DNA from: Podarcis cretensis
Lineage: Eukaryota
Assembly (NCBI GenBank): GCA_951804945.1
Contig: OX638162.1
Coordinates: 41,416,001-41,480,000, forward strand
Direction: 5' to 3'
Length of the DNA: 64,000 nt
The position numbers and the translations under genes are program-made. The notes beneath the pieces are model-generated. The model was not told the origin of the DNA. It worked only from the letters and a program-made list of their open reading frames with translations, and searched no databases. Shown here one piece after another: positions 63,648 to 64,000 of this stretch. Positions within the stretch are counted from its first letter, which is position 1, and each line of letters opens with the position of its first letter.

Positions 63648-64000
63648 CTCCAAGGCTTCAGTCAGGGGTTTTTCTCAACCCTAACTGTAGACTCCAGAGA
63701 TTGAATGTGGGGTCTTCTGGATACCAAAGAGATCCTCTGCCCCCCACCCCAGTTATGAATGTGGGCAAAACTCCTCAGAGATGCTGGGGCCCCAGTAACT
63801 GCCTGAGGGTGCTTTGTGATGGTGCTGGGCCTGTCAGTCTCCATTACTATGGGATTTAAGTAAACACTGAAATTACAGTGGTATAATTAGAAGAAGAAGA
63901 AACCCATTGGAATTTCTCACTGCCTTGAATTGGCAAATAGACTTAGCAGCTTCGGAAATAATTGCAAGAGACAGAGTGTCCCTTCTGTTGCCTTAGGGGC

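Overview
Eukaryotic genomic DNA from a squamate reptile. The SINE and MITE repertoire points to a lacertid lizard (inference). The whole window lies inside the xylosyltransferase 1 gene (XYLT1, + strand). Five coding exons are present: 17366-17897, 36883-37055, 39973-40175, 53463-53543 and 60228-60444. They correspond to human exons 3-7, have AG/GT boundaries and join in frame. Exons 1-2 and 8 onward were not found and lie outside the window. The introns are dense with mobile elements: a BovB LINE 3' end, CR1, L1 and L2 fragments, Sauria and Squam3 SINEs, tRNA-Ile/Lys/Ala-headed SINEs, a Penelope-like fragment, a decayed Gypsy RT-RNaseH, a probable solo LTR, and hAT, Tc1/mariner and Harbinger-type MITEs. 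Many are nested and have readable target-site duplications (TSDs). Several repeat-free, CpG-retaining tracts are candidate enhancers. Most short ORFs in the supplied track are noise. I found no convincing new protein-coding system. The best leads are (1) a perfect fold-back duplication at a Penelope-like 5' junction, (2) inverted SINE pairs that could form dsRNA or circRNA in the XYLT1 pre-mRNA, and (3) modular SINEs with different tRNA heads on one CR1 tail. Repeat family names and human comparisons are from recall and need Dfam/Repbase/GenBank confirmation.
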